A stretch of DNA of 60,050 nucleotides from Candidatus Jorgensenbacteria bacterium (lineage in GTDB: Bacteria > Patescibacteriota > Minisyncoccia > UBA6257 > GWB1-50-10), in contig JAZDFV010000006.1 of assembly GCA_043807585.1 (NCBI GenBank), forward strand, positions 1 through 60,050, in the 5' to 3' direction. Shown here piece by piece: positions 17,802 through 27,876 of the stretch. The notes beneath the pieces are model-generated. The model was not told where the DNA came from, searched no databases, and saw only the letters and a list, made by a program, of their open reading frames with translations. The translations under genes and the position numbers were made by a program. Within the stretch, counting starts at the first letter, position 1, and the number at the start of each line of letters is the position of its first letter.

Positions 17802-18185
17802 ATGAATGAATTCAAGGCGCTGCTCCAGCAAGTGGTCCGCGAGACGCTCCACGCCTCTAAACGCTATACGGGGGTCCACATCGAAGAACTCGAGCGCGGC
17901 GACGAAATCGCCATCCGCACGATTAACAGCGAATACCGATGCACGATGGTGGAACCGCGCAAAGGGCTCGCCATAGTAACGAGCACCGGCGGCATTTTCT
18001 CAGCCTCCGATCTTGTCCACCTCGTGGGGAGCTGCATCCTCACGAGCCCCGTCATCGTGCGGTGCGGGTGGCTGGGGCTCGGGTATCCGATCCTCATCGA
18101 GGGGTGCATCACCTCCCCTCTCCAGCGGCTCGCCGTGAACGGCGAAACGCTACTCCCGCGGGTGCCGGACCACGCGACGCAGTAA
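17802..18185 (+). CDS. Hypothetical protein
   Basis: AAGGAGG SD before ATG 17802; beta-rich sequence (IAIRTINSEYR). Confidence 0.65.
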   Translation: MNEFKALLQQVVRETLHASKRYTGVHIEELERGDEIAIRTINSEYRCTMVEPRKGLAIVTSTGGIFSASDLVHLVGSCILTSPVIVRCGWLGLGYPILIEGCITSPLQRLAVNGETLLPRVPDHATQ

Positions 18186-18240
18186 AACACAAAATCGCAG
18201 CACATATGTACTGCGATTTTGATTTCCACCTTGTTCTACT

Positions 18241-18394
18241 ATTCGCGCGAATAAGACCATAAGGAATCAGCTGCGGGACATTCCGACATTCTGCAGAATG
18301 TGAGAATGTCGTTTTCTGGCCAGAAAACCACTCGCGGGAATCAGAGAAATAACGAGAGGGGGTATATCGGCTAATTCGTGCGAATTAGCCGATA
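18241..18394. repeat. Dispersed palindromic block (GACATTCCGACATTCTGCAGAATGTGAGAATGTC plus TATCGGCTAATTCGTGCGAATTAGCCGATA)
   Basis: Recurs at about 24201-24330, 25140-25225 (partial), 26524-26700 and 28581-28740. Confidence 0.9.
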
Positions 18395-18465
18395 GTGGAA
18401 AAAGCAACTCCGCCGCGGGAGGGTATTTTTTATTTTTAAAGGTTTTATTTTAGATTTACCTGACC

Positions 18466-18494
18466 TTGATTTTTTACTCAAAATAATGTAGTAT
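18466..18494 (+). promoter_or_regulatory. Sigma70 promoter of the AT-rich operon
   Basis: TTGATT-17 nt-TAGTAT, 9 nt before ATG 18504. Confidence 0.6.
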
Positions 18495-18503
18495 TTAAAA
18501 ACC

Positions 18504-19415
18504 ATGGAGATTGCAATGATAAATCGCGACCACAAATTGTGGGAGGGAGGAGATAGGAGAAAGATAGAAAATCTTATTGCTGCACTTCAGAAAATGGGAG
18601 TAAATGCTTTTTATACTTGTGATAATGAAATAAATTTCAAGGCGGACGTTTATCACTTATTCCACATGTCATATGAAACCGCTTATAAGGCCTTTTTAAA
18701 TATCAAAAAAAAGAAACTAAAACTGGTAGTCAGCGCCATCTATTCCGGGGACCGAATTCCGCATGAATGTCAGCAAGAAATTATTGATTATGCATCAAAA
18801 GTGATATTCATGTCCGAAGGCGAGCTCTCTTTTGTACGTAACAACATAAAGGTTCCTCAAAACAAAGTTTCTTACATTAAAAATGGGGTTTCAAGAATAT
18901 TTGATACTGAATTAACGAAAGGCAAATACGTACTGTGCGTTGGCCGCATTCAACCAATGAAAAACCAGCTCAATCTGGCCATAGCATGTAAAAACCTCGG
19001 CTTCGACCTAAAATACGTGGGGGAAATTATCGATCAAGGTTATGCTTCTAAAGTATTGAATACTTGGGGAGAATGGCTGCCTAATAGACCACAAGAAGAA
19101 TTGGTTGAATTATACAAAGAGGCTCAAGTCGTGGCCTGTGTCAGTGAACACGATATTCAGCCAAATTGTGTTCTGGAGGGTGGATTATCCGGCGCAAACA
19201 TCGTACTTACGGACAAGTCAAAGTCATTTTTAGATGGATTCCCTAATATCTGGATATGTAAAACCGATCCCGAAAGTATTAGGGAAGCCGTTGTTTCGGC
19301 CTGGAATGCGCCTAAAAACGGGGAGTTAAAAAATATTTTTAGAACATGGACCTGGGAAAAAGCCGCGACAAAGCTAATAGGGGTTTATAACGAGGTATTA
19401 AAAAGCCCCATATGA
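18504..19415 (+). CDS. Glycosyltransferase family 4 (GT-B)
   Basis: GGD, NGV, CVGRIQPMKNQ, ELVELYKEA..PNCVLEGGLSG. Confidence 0.85.
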   Translation: MEIAMINRDHKLWEGGDRRKIENLIAALQKMGVNAFYTCDNEINFKADVYHLFHMSYETAYKAFLNIKKKKLKLVVSAIYSGDRIPHECQQEIIDYASKVIFMSEGELSFVRNNIKVPQNKVSYIKNGVSRIFDTELTKGKYVLCVGRIQPMKNQLNLAIACKNLGFDLKYVGEIIDQGYASKVLNTWGEWLPNRPQEELVELYKEAQVVACVSEHDIQPNCVLEGGLSGANIVLTDKSKSFLDGFPNIWICKTDPESIREAVVSAWNAPKNGELKNIFRTWTWEKAATKLIGVYNEVLKSPI

Positions 19416-20017
19416 CCATAGGCGACCTAAAAAGCTATGCATACTTATTTAAAAAGATTTTAACCATCCCTATCAGGGGAATAAACTTTTTAAGTTTTAA
19501 AAATGCACCGGATTTTGAAGGGAAATTTTTTCGCGTCACTTTTAAAAATAAAAACAAGTGTCTAAAACGCATAATTAAAAACGAGCATGCAGATATTATT
19601 TTGGATTTAGCAAATGTCGTCGTTGTTACCGTCCTGCTTGAAGAAAAAAATCTTACTCCAAATGTTTATTCAATTTATATAGATGCGCCATCAAATTATT
19701 TCGCGATATGCGTAGGTAAGGCTGAAGATATATTAATCAATACGGAAAAATATCGTTCAGGTTTTTCGCATTTTTCGTCATGCATCGCAGATTTAGCCGA
19801 AAAATGGAAAATCCGAAGACTCCCGTACGACGATTATCCTTATGACAATACATTTTTATTGGAAATCAAAAATAAAAGTAATCTGGGAATTTTTCTTGGA
19901 AAAATCGTATTATTAGATATTGATCCGAAGTGCTATTCAAATAATAAGTTAATAAAATTTGCAGCTCTAATCTTTAAAAATAGAATTTATCGTAATTTAA
20001 ATAAGTTTAAAAAATAG
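19412..20017 (+). CDS. Hypothetical protein, possibly kinase-like fold
   Basis: NLTPNVY and KSNLG..KIVLLDID loosely resemble kinase catalytic/Mg-binding loops; ATGA overlap with the GT gene. Confidence 0.5.
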   Translation: MTIGDLKSYAYLFKKILTIPIRGINFLSFKNAPDFEGKFFRVTFKNKNKCLKRIIKNEHADIILDLANVVVVTVLLEEKNLTPNVYSIYIDAPSNYFAICVGKAEDILINTEKYRSGFSHFSSCIADLAEKWKIRRLPYDDYPYDNTFLLEIKNKSNLGIFLGKIVLLDIDPKCYSNNKLIKFAALIFKNRIYRNLNKFKK

Positions 20018-20028
20018 AAGAAAAAACA

Positions 20029-20823
20029 ATGGGCCAAAATAAGAAAGTATTGAATATAACGCCCCTAACAAATAGGGTTGAATGCGGGAGCAAATTGGCG
20101 CTGGAATTATGCGAAACCATACATCTTCATTATAGGGATTTAAGAATTGAGATGGACGGAAAAACGTTGAAGATACTAACCGAATGCCTTAAAGACGGGG
20201 CGAATAAACACTTGTTAAATCCCAAATTAAGCGGAACCGACTTTTTAATGTTGAGCGATAAAAGGCTCGGAACAAATAAGATTAATAATGACAAACTTAA
20301 AGTCGAATTACTTAAAAACAATTTGATTCATATTCATTACAGGAATATACGTTTGGAATTAACTATTAGGAATTTTATAAAGTTATTCGACGGCCTCTCT
20401 AGGGCTTTTAATAAACTGATATTGGACGAATATATTTCTAATAAAAACGACGAATTTGAAGAAAAGTATATTGATATAGATAAAATTAACCCCTACGATA
20501 TTGTTCACAAGGAAGATTTGAATTCTCCCTATGGTTATACAAGCTGGAATGCTCAAGAGGTTTTAACGCATGAAAAGGGCATAAAAATTATCGCGAAGTT
20601 AATAAAAAATGGGCATAAATTATTGCCCGTATCAGTGATTCCGATCAGATCGAGGGGCAAACATTACAGTGGCCCCATCAAAAAGGGGCAGAAGTATCAG
20701 AGATTGGACGGCTTTAAAAGATACATTGCATGGAAAAGATTGGGTTATAAAAAAATGTTATGCCATGTTTACAAAAAGGCGAAACCGGGCAATCAAAGGT
20801 ATAAGCCGTTGGTTATCGGCTAA
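20029..20823 (+). CDS. Protein with duplicated IHLHYR/IHIHYR N-terminal unit and ParB/Srx-like C-terminal domain
   Basis: LELCETIHLHYRDLRIEM and VELLKNNLIHIHYRNIRLEL; KYQRLDGFKRYIAWKRLG matches the ParB-N DGxxR motif. Confidence 0.6.
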   Translation: MGQNKKVLNITPLTNRVECGSKLALELCETIHLHYRDLRIEMDGKTLKILTECLKDGANKHLLNPKLSGTDFLMLSDKRLGTNKINNDKLKVELLKNNLIHIHYRNIRLELTIRNFIKLFDGLSRAFNKLILDEYISNKNDEFEEKYIDIDKINPYDIVHKEDLNSPYGYTSWNAQEVLTHEKGIKIIAKLIKNGHKLLPVSVIPIRSRGKHYSGPIKKGQKYQRLDGFKRYIAWKRLGYKKMLCHVYKKAKPGNQRYKPLVIG

Positions 20824-20826
20824 AAT

Positions 20827-21612
20827 ATGGAACGTATGAGAAATAGGTCTAAAAAAACAATAATTATCACCGGAGCTGGCTCTGGAATAGGAAGGGCCAT
20901 AGCTATACGTTTGGCAAAAGACGGATATTCAATAGGATTAATCGGACGGCGGGCTGGTAACCTTAAGCAAACAGAAAAGATAATTAAAAAAATTACCCCT
21001 GACGTCATTTACAAAACAGCGGACGTAAGAAAAAAGGACCAAGTTTATAAAGCGGTTGAATATATCTCTTCTCATTTAGGTAAATTATCAGGCGCAGTTG
21101 CGGCCGCGGGAATCGGCGGTTCCAATAAGCCGACGAGGCACGATCGCTGGGACAATGTGATCAAAACCAATCTTTATGGCACGTATTATGCCTTATCGGC
21201 GGCAGTACAATACATGAAGAATGACAATGAACCGAAACAGCTGATATCAATAGCATCTCTTTTGGCGAGAATTGGAGTAAAAAATTATACGGCGTACTGC
21301 GCTTCAAAGTCGGGAATCCTGGGGCTTGTGAGAGCGCTTGCTATCGGACTGGCCGACAAAGGCATAAGAGTAAACGCCATAAGCCCGGGCTGGGTGGATA
21401 CAAAAATGGCAAAGAGAGGAATGAATAGGTTGGCTCGAATTAATAATTTGACCTACGAGAATGCGAGAAAAAACGCCCTAAACGCCGTTCCGTTAAAAAG
21501 AATGAGCTCCCCCGAAGAGATCGCCAACGTAGTATCTTTTCTGTTCGGAGAAGGAATTTCGGGATTCACGGGGCAAAATTTTGATATAAGTAATGGTTCA
21601 TGGATGGAATGA
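20827..21612 (+). CDS. SDR family NAD(P)-dependent oxidoreductase
   Basis: TGAGSGIG, YCASK, VNAISPGWVDT. Confidence 0.93.
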   Translation: MERMRNRSKKTIIITGAGSGIGRAIAIRLAKDGYSIGLIGRRAGNLKQTEKIIKKITPDVIYKTADVRKKDQVYKAVEYISSHLGKLSGAVAAAGIGGSNKPTRHDRWDNVIKTNLYGTYYALSAAVQYMKNDNEPKQLISIASLLARIGVKNYTAYCASKSGILGLVRALAIGLADKGIRVNAISPGWVDTKMAKRGMNRLARINNLTYENARKNALNAVPLKRMSSPEEIANVVSFLFGEGISGFTGQNFDISNGSWME

Positions 21613-21623
21613 TCAAGTAATAA

Positions 21624-22304
21624 ATGAAACACAATAGGCCGAAAATAAAAATCTGTTGCATAAAATCCAGGGAAGAACTGGCTACCGTTGTAAAATACGG
21701 GGTAGATTGCGTCGGATTCGTCTCAAAAATGCCGAGCGGGCCGGGTATTATTTCCGACAGGGAAATACGTGACATCGCAAAATATGCCCCTGAACACGTA
21801 GACACATTTTTATTGACGAGCCATTTAGACCCAAAAAAAATCATTGAGCAACAACAATTTTGCAAAACAAAAACAGTGCAGCTTTGTAATCCCTTAAAAA
21901 TCAACGACTTGAAGAAGTTGAAAGAGGCCCTTGTCGGCGTAAAGATTGTCGGAGTGACGCATGTTCTGAATGAAGAAAGTATCCAGAAAGCAGTGGAGTT
22001 ACAGGATTTTGTTGATGCCATACTATTGGATACGGGCAATCCCTGCGGGGCATCTCCCGAATTAGGAGGAACTGGTAGGACCCATAACTGGGATGTTTCA
22101 AAAAAAATATGCCAACACGTTACAAGCCCCGTATATCTTGCGGGTGGGTTAAATCATAAAAATGTTATTGCCGCGATAGAACACGTTGATCCCTACGGCA
22201 TAGATCTATGTTGCGGAGTGAGAACCAATGACAAATTAGACGAAAAAAAGCTACAACTGCTCTTAGGGGCCATAGAGGATTATTTTCACAAAAATACTGA
22301 ATAA
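21624..22304 (+). CDS. trpF: Phosphoribosylanthranilate isomerase (TrpF)-family protein
   Basis: KIKICCI, LLDT, LGGTGRTHNW, LAGGL..NV, PYGIDLCCGV; no other trp genes nearby. Confidence 0.85.
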   Translation: MKHNRPKIKICCIKSREELATVVKYGVDCVGFVSKMPSGPGIISDREIRDIAKYAPEHVDTFLLTSHLDPKKIIEQQQFCKTKTVQLCNPLKINDLKKLKEALVGVKIVGVTHVLNEESIQKAVELQDFVDAILLDTGNPCGASPELGGTGRTHNWDVSKKICQHVTSPVYLAGGLNHKNVIAAIEHVDPYGIDLCCGVRTNDKLDEKKLQLLLGAIEDYFHKNTE

Positions 22305-22720
22305 TGTTTATTCACAAAAACCGAATTACTGTCAGCACCGACGGCCAGGGATTGTACAAGATAACCGATCTCGTTCAAAAGAAAATTGAAGAGGTAAAAA
22401 TACCAAACGGGATATGTTATTTATTCGTTCCTCATACCAGTGCTAGCATCATCATACAAGAACTCGATCCTGCGGCAAAAAACGATATGGAATATTTTTT
22501 GGACAAACTGGTGCCCGAAAATGACGACAAGTACCGGCATCGAATGGAGGGACCCGACGACCCCTCCTCTCATGTTAAGGGTTCATTGTTAGGAAACTCT
22601 CAGATTGTTTTTATTGAAAATAACAAGCTATTGATGGGGTCTTGGCAAGAAATATATCTTTGGGAACATCGGCGCGACAAAAGAAATCGTGTAATTGATA
22701 TAAGAATTATCAGTGAATAA
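22304..22720 (+). CDS. yjbQ: YjbQ family protein (UPF0047)
   Basis: FVPHTSAS, YRHRMEGPDD..SHVKGSLLG, MGSWQEIYLWEHR. Confidence 0.9.
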   Translation: MFIHKNRITVSTDGQGLYKITDLVQKKIEEVKIPNGICYLFVPHTSASIIIQELDPAAKNDMEYFLDKLVPENDDKYRHRMEGPDDPSSHVKGSLLGNSQIVFIENNKLLMGSWQEIYLWEHRRDKRNRVIDIRIISE

Positions 22721-23579
22721 CGTGAAAAAGAACGAGGGAATATATTACTTAGATGATATCTCTTTAACGCCAAAGTTTCGTTTTCCGGAAACGATAGGCG
22801 TGAGAACCGAAGGATTACTGGGTGATAATATAATCGCAAGTACGGCTTTCCGCGGGCTTATCAATGCGCATAAAAAGCCGATCGTAATATTCTCCACATA
22901 CACCCACGATAAAGAAAGGGTTGGCTTATTGTCCGATTTGTATAGTGAACTTATATCTAAAAATGTAATAAAAGGGATAATACATTTTTCAAGACCGCAT
23001 GGCCCTATTACTGACGAACAGAGAAATTATTTATTAAGGATGGGGTGTCAAAAGGTGTACGATTGTGGTCCGTTTGAAAGTGAATTCAGGGGCCTTCAAA
23101 GAGGTGAACCGTTTCTTGGCGAAGAACTGGGAAAAGAATGGAAATCCCAAAAAAGAAAAAATAATACCATCGGTCTTTTCAGATGGTCTGGATTTCATAC
23201 ACATTATTTTTTACGAAACAGGCCGTACGAAGAATGGGAAATTATAGAAAAGTTTTTGGTCGAAAAAGGATTTGAATGTATTCTTTTTGGGTACGACGAT
23301 TTATTGCCAAATAAAAATGGATTCGCGGACTATCGGAAAAAACTGACGGTTTATGAGACGCTTAAAAAAATGGCTCAGTGTTCTTTGTTAATAAGCACTT
23401 CAAGCTTTCCTCCCTTGTTTTGTCAGTATTATATTCCCTGCCTTGTTCTCTCAGATCCGAGAGACATCGAAAATTTAAAAGAAAAATGGGAAGTTTCCAG
23501 TAACTATAAAATACTCGACGTTACAAAAAATTACATTAATCAGATTAGAACGGAATTGGATAATTTCTATAAAAAATGA
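22713..23579 (+). CDS. Glycosyltransferase family 9-like (heptosyltransferase fold) protein
   Basis: GLLGDNII; RNRPYEEW; DYRKKLTVYET..CSLLISTSSFP parallels the GT9 DSG.MH region. Confidence 0.6.
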   Translation: MNNVKKNEGIYYLDDISLTPKFRFPETIGVRTEGLLGDNIIASTAFRGLINAHKKPIVIFSTYTHDKERVGLLSDLYSELISKNVIKGIIHFSRPHGPITDEQRNYLLRMGCQKVYDCGPFESEFRGLQRGEPFLGEELGKEWKSQKRKNNTIGLFRWSGFHTHYFLRNRPYEEWEIIEKFLVEKGFECILFGYDDLLPNKNGFADYRKKLTVYETLKKMAQCSLLISTSSFPPLFCQYYIPCLVLSDPRDIENLKEKWEVSSNYKILDVTKNYINQIRTELDNFYKK

Positions 23580-23746
23580 ACTCTACCCGCACACCATTCC
23601 CCTATTCGCCAGCCTCGACTAGACGTCGAGTCTAGGCGGGCGCGCTTGCCCATCCGTAGTCCATCCGAAGCTTCAGCGTAGGAGGACGAAGGAGGGCTTG
23701 CCTCGCCGTAACCGGGTGAAGGCGGGAATTAGAGAAGGTAAATGAT

Positions 23747-24142
23747 TTATCGGTTCAGGAAAGTAATGGTGAGCTGGAGAACGGTGGCGAACGAAACCCA
23801 GAGCAGATACGGGATTTGGATGTAGGTGATCCAGTGCGCGTGGGGCCAGATGGCGACCATCGCCCAGATGAGCGTGCCGAGAACGAGGAGAATATCTATG
23901 GCGGCGAGGTAGTTGTTCTTCAATCCGAACTGGATAGGCGTGAAGGCGAGATTGAAAATGAGGTTCAGAACGAACGGCAGGGCAACCAAGAGCACAATTT
24001 CTTTCCGCCAAGCCATCACAAACACCTTGCCGAAAGAAACTACGATCAAAACGTAGAGGAACGTCCAGACCGGACCGAAGAGGTACGCCGGCGGCGACCA
24101 TGCGGGTTTTATGAGTTCCTGATAGGAAGTGAAGTTGTTCAT
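23747..24142 (-). CDS. tspO: TspO/MBR family tryptophan-rich protein
   Basis: YQELIKPAWSPP..FGPVWTFLY..QFGL..PYLLWVSFATVL. Confidence 0.92.
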   Translation of the reverse strand: MNNFTSYQELIKPAWSPPAYLFGPVWTFLYVLIVVSFGKVFVMAWRKEIVLLVALPFVLNLIFNLAFTPIQFGLKNNYLAAIDILLVLGTLIWAMVAIWPHAHWITYIQIPYLLWVSFATVLQLTITFLNR

Positions 24143-24403
24143 AAATTTACTTGCTTATATTCTACCACGGAAACGAAAACGGCCTGGCGGCGGGTAAACC
24201 ATCGGCTAATTCGTGCGCCTGCCCGCCCATGGCGGGAATTAGACCATAAGGAATCGGCTGCGGGACATTCCGACATTCTGCAGAATGTGAGAATGTCGTT
24301 AAAACAGCGGGGGCGGCGGGGTGCTTTAGTCAATTTTTCATCGGCATACGCCAAAATCCGGATAATTTGTCGGCATGCGGAAATAGGGACTATAATTTTA
24401 ATA

Positions 24404-25099
24404 ATGCCCGAACGGAAAGCGGTGAATACAATGGTGATCTCCGACGTTCATCTCGGCTCCGAGGTGAGCCGGCCGGAAGCGTTGCTCGCCACCCTGAAAA
24501 GCCATTCTTTCGGGCGCCTGATCCTCCTGGGCGATATTTTTGACGATCTCAACTTCAATCGTCTGTCGCGGGAACACTGGGAACTCCTCTCCTACATCCG
24601 CCTTCTCACCAACCGGAAAAGGAGGGTTGAGGTGATCTGGGTTGTGGGGAATCACGATGAGCTCCTGGTGGATATCATGAAGTATCTCATTGGCTCGGAT
24701 GTAAAAGAACACTTTTTCTGGAAGGAGGGCGGGCAAAAATTCTTCGCTATCCACGGCCATCAGTTTGACTACTTCCTTATTCGCAATCGTTTCTTAAGTA
24801 ATTTTGCCGCGTCCCTGTATAAAATTGTGCAGAGGCTGGACACGAAAAGGCAGCGCTTCAGCCGCTACATCAAGCGTGCCAGCAAAAGCTGGCTGAGGGC
24901 CTCGGAGGCCGTGGAGGAGGGCGCCGTGCGCAGGGGTGGGAAAATGGGCGCGGATTACGTCTTTTGCGGCCACACGCACAAGGCGCTCCATTCGACGCTT
25001 GGGAACATTGAATACTTCAACGCGGGTTGTTGGACCGACATTCCCTCAAGCTACGTCACCATCACGAACGGTATTCCGGAACTGCACCGGGTGAGTTAA
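24404..25099 (+). CDS. Calcineurin-like metallophosphoesterase (LpxH-like)
   Basis: SDVHLG, GDIFD, GNHD, HGHQFD, CGHTH, NAGCW; true start at 24404. Confidence 0.9.
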   Translation: MPERKAVNTMVISDVHLGSEVSRPEALLATLKSHSFGRLILLGDIFDDLNFNRLSREHWELLSYIRLLTNRKRRVEVIWVVGNHDELLVDIMKYLIGSDVKEHFFWKEGGQKFFAIHGHQFDYFLIRNRFLSNFAASLYKIVQRLDTKRQRFSRYIKRASKSWLRASEAVEEGAVRRGGKMGADYVFCGHTHKALHSTLGNIEYFNAGCWTDIPSSYVTITNGIPELHRVS

Positions 25100-25270
25100 C
25101 GACGACGCCCGTTCTATCCCAAAGCGCCGCGTGCGGAACTATCGGCTAATTCGTGCGCCTGCCCGGCCGTAGCCGGGCGAAGGAGGGAATTAGCCTATGG
25201 AACCATTCGCGCGAATTAGACCATGGAGGAACGACAACCGACGCGGGAGGGTAAGTAAATACACGCTAGA

Positions 25271-25300
25271 TTCGTATAGTAACATATGTTACTATACGAA
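25271..25300. promoter_or_regulatory. Perfect 30-bp palindrome, likely operator of the HTH-Doc operon
   Basis: ttcgtatagtaacat|atgttactatacgaa, ending 2 nt before ATG 25303. Confidence 0.7.
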
Positions 25301-25302
25301 AC

Positions 25303-25557
25303 ATGGGGAAAAACTTTTATTCCACTTCGGAGGCAGCGCGCATTTTGAAGCTGAGCCGCGTGGAGGTATTCAGAAAGATAAAGAGCGGTCGCATGAGAGC
25401 GGAGAAGGTGGGGCGAAATTACGTCATCCCCGCCGAAGCAGTTATGGAAGCACTCGGCAAAACCGTGGGCACAGCAAAACGGGAGGAAATCGGACGGAGC
25501 ATCAATAGAGCCTTGAAAGAATATGGCGATACGTTCAAGCGGCTTGCAAAAGAATGA
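25303..25557 (+). CDS. Excisionase-like HTH protein, putative antitoxin
   Basis: YSTSEAARILKLSR..IKSGRMRAEKVGRNYVI; C-terminal ALKEYGDTFKRLAKE. Confidence 0.8.
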   Translation: MGKNFYSTSEAARILKLSRVEVFRKIKSGRMRAEKVGRNYVIPAEAVMEALGKTVGTAKREEIGRSINRALKEYGDTFKRLAKE

Positions 25558-25979
25558 GGCCAAAGCGGCTCACGGTTGCGGAGGTTGAGTACACGGCGTT
25601 TGCGCTCGCCCGTAAACTTATGACATGGGATGAACCGATTCCTGAATTCGGCACGCGGTTCCCACACATACTCGAGAGCTGCCTCGAAACTCCGTTTGCA
25701 AGCTTCGGGAAAAGAGATCTCTACCGCGGGTTGGTTGAAAAAGCGAGCATCTTGTTCTATCTCCTCATTAAAAACCATCCGTTCCAGAATGGTAACAAAC
25801 GCATTGCGATTATGAGCTTACTCTATTTTCTTCACACGAACGGGAAGTGGCTTAAGATGGCGAACGATGTGCTCTATAGCTTTGCGAAGGGTGTCGCAAA
25901 AAGCCGACCCGTCTCGCGTGAGAAAACGATCCGTGCGATACAACACACCATTAAGAAATATCTGGTGGATGTTTCTTAA
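25554..25979 (+). CDS. doc: Doc/Fic family toxin
   Basis: HPFQNGNKR motif; ATGA overlap with the upstream gene. Confidence 0.88.
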   Translation: MRPKRLTVAEVEYTAFALARKLMTWDEPIPEFGTRFPHILESCLETPFASFGKRDLYRGLVEKASILFYLLIKNHPFQNGNKRIAIMSLLYFLHTNGKWLKMANDVLYSFAKGVAKSRPVSREKTIRAIQHTIKKYLVDVS

Positions 25980-26069
25980 TGCTTCTCACCAACCCGGCCG
26001 CGGGAGGGACGAAAAACGGGTGCTTTGTTTAAACAAAGCACCCGTTTCTATGATGATATCTGAAATCCC

Positions 26070-26432
26070 CTACACTCTCCGCTTGATCAACCGCTGCAAT
26101 CCTGGGCAATCCATAAGAATCGCCTTCCACGCCATGATGAAAGCGAGGATGGTAAAAGCAGTTCCCAAAATTGCGGCGGGGAGCGGCGCGTGGCCAAAGA
26201 GAATCGCGAAGAGGAGCCAGAAGGTGAAGAGCCATCCCCAATGGGTAAGGAGGACGAATCCTCCGAGCAACGCGAGAAAGGTGAACACAAGCGGTATCCG
26301 TGATATCGAGATGCGCAAACCAAGATCATGCACTATCACGAAGATAAGCGGGAGCGTTGCGTAGCCGATGACAAAGAGATAGATGAACTGCCACGGCTCT
26401 ATGGCAGGTTCGTAGTACATGCTGTAGTACAT
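26070..26432 (-). CDS. Multi-TM hypothetical protein
   Basis: 120-aa hydrophobic ORF. Confidence 0.55.
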   Translation of the reverse strand: MYYSMYYEPAIEPWQFIYLFVIGYATLPLIFVIVHDLGLRISISRIPLVFTFLALLGGFVLLTHWGWLFTFWLLFAILFGHAPLPAAILGTAFTILAFIMAWKAILMDCPGLQRLIKRRV

Positions 26433-26704
26433 ACATCACCTCGTATGTTGTGAGTGGATTTGCTGGATAAAGAATACCACGCGATATGGTATCCGTCAAC
26501 AGACAGGCAGCGGGCAGGTGGACTATCGGCTAATTCGTGCGCTTGCCTCGCTGTAGCCGGGCGAAGGAGGGAATTAGCCCATAAGGAATCAGCTGCGGGA
26601 CATTCCGACATTCTGCAGAATATGAGAATGTCGTTAAGATGGCTGGGGCGGAGGGGTGCTACAGTTAACTGTAGCACCCGGGGGGTGGTGGGAGGGTCGA
26701 TTGT

Positions 26705-26920
26705 TTAAACTTCCAATATTTTATTTTTTGAAGAAAAACCCGAAAGAAGGACAACCCGTGACGCCGGAATTTTAAAATATTCAGCCAATGCTTTAACAAT
26801 CGCCTCATTTGCCTTCCCTTTTTCCGGCGGTCCTTTTACCGACACGGAAAAATGCGTTTCATCGATCTTTTCCACTCTTTCTCCCTTTGCCCTTGGCTTT
26901 GCCTTAACGAAAATTTTCAT
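26705..26920 (-). CDS. DUF167/YggU family protein, copy 1
   Basis: VKAKPRAK..PPEKGKANEAIVKALAEYF..GFSSKNK. Confidence 0.9.
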   Translation of the reverse strand: MKIFVKAKPRAKGERVEKIDETHFSVSVKGPPEKGKANEAIVKALAEYFKIPASRVVLLSGFSSKNKILEV

Positions 26921-26925
26921 ACTAT

Positions 26926-27690
26926 TCATTTTTTAATGAATAGCGCGCCTGATTCGCTGAGTTTTATTGATAATTTCTCTCGAAGCGACTCTGGGAACGA
27001 TTCAAGCATAACCTTTTTCCCCATCTCTACCCTTTCGGTATCCAAGGGAATGCGTTGGATCTTTCGGAACCCTATCTTCTTAGCCATATCCGCCGTTTCC
27101 TCCGGGCTGATCATTTCTTTCTCCTCTGGGCCCATTATTTTCATTGAACCATCCAGGTAAGCGGTAATGTAGCCGTAGTTGTTGATGATGGTAAAAGCGC
27201 CTTTTCGCAGCACCCTGAAGACTTCCTTTAGGACATGGCTGCACTCATTGGGCTTAATAAAGATCTCTTTTCTCCCATCTCCCCCAAAGGAGGAGTTAAA
27301 GAGGTTGAGGATAAGACACCCCCCATCTACCGACTCGGTTTTGAACGGCAACTGAAAGGTGCTGGCGAGTACCGCTTCCCTACCCGCTTCTTGCTGCTTC
27401 CGCAGCGCCTCGGTAGCGACGTCAACCGCTACGATTTTCGCCCCCTTTCTCTCAAAAATTTGCGGTAGCTCGGAGGCCAGGGGAGCGAATCTTTTCTCCG
27501 GCGAGTCCGTGGCCGGGGGCGGGAAACCGGCCCCTATGTCGATAACGTTCTTGTCTTTGAGGTCAATGTCTTCCAGCAACTCCCCGTATTGCTCTGCACT
27601 GACAAAATCAAAATATTGCCTTGGCGACAATTCCATACTCTTGCCAAAACTTTCCCAATATTCTTTCCCTTCATGTTCAAATCTTTCCAT
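26926..27690 (-). CDS. Class I SAM-dependent methyltransferase
   Basis: VIDIGAG, VAVDV, LPFKTESVD, EVFRVLRKG. Confidence 0.8.
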   Translation of the reverse strand: MERFEHEGKEYWESFGKSMELSPRQYFDFVSAEQYGELLEDIDLKDKNVIDIGAGFPPPATDSPEKRFAPLASELPQIFERKGAKIVAVDVATEALRKQQEAGREAVLASTFQLPFKTESVDGGCLILNLFNSSFGGDGRKEIFIKPNECSHVLKEVFRVLRKGAFTIINNYGYITAYLDGSMKIMGPEEKEMISPEETADMAKKIGFRKIQRIPLDTERVEMGKKVMLESFPESLREKLSIKLSESGALFIKK

Positions 27691-27876
27691 AAATTTACTT
27701 GTAGTGAGCCCCGTCGAACTATTCTACCCCAAAACGCCGCGAATTGGAGGGTACTACACTATAGTGTAGTACCTTGGCGATGGTGGGAAGGTTGAGGGAA
27801 GAAGATAAGAGATGGTGAGAGCGGGGGCGGGTGGCCCTTCGACAGGCTCAGGATTAAATTTGCGGGTTATTTTTTT

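Noticed and set aside
23816-24403. N-terminal extension of the 427-aa ORF 23816-25099
   Set aside because: It is antisense to tspO and runs through the repeat block; phosphoesterase motifs start after 24404.
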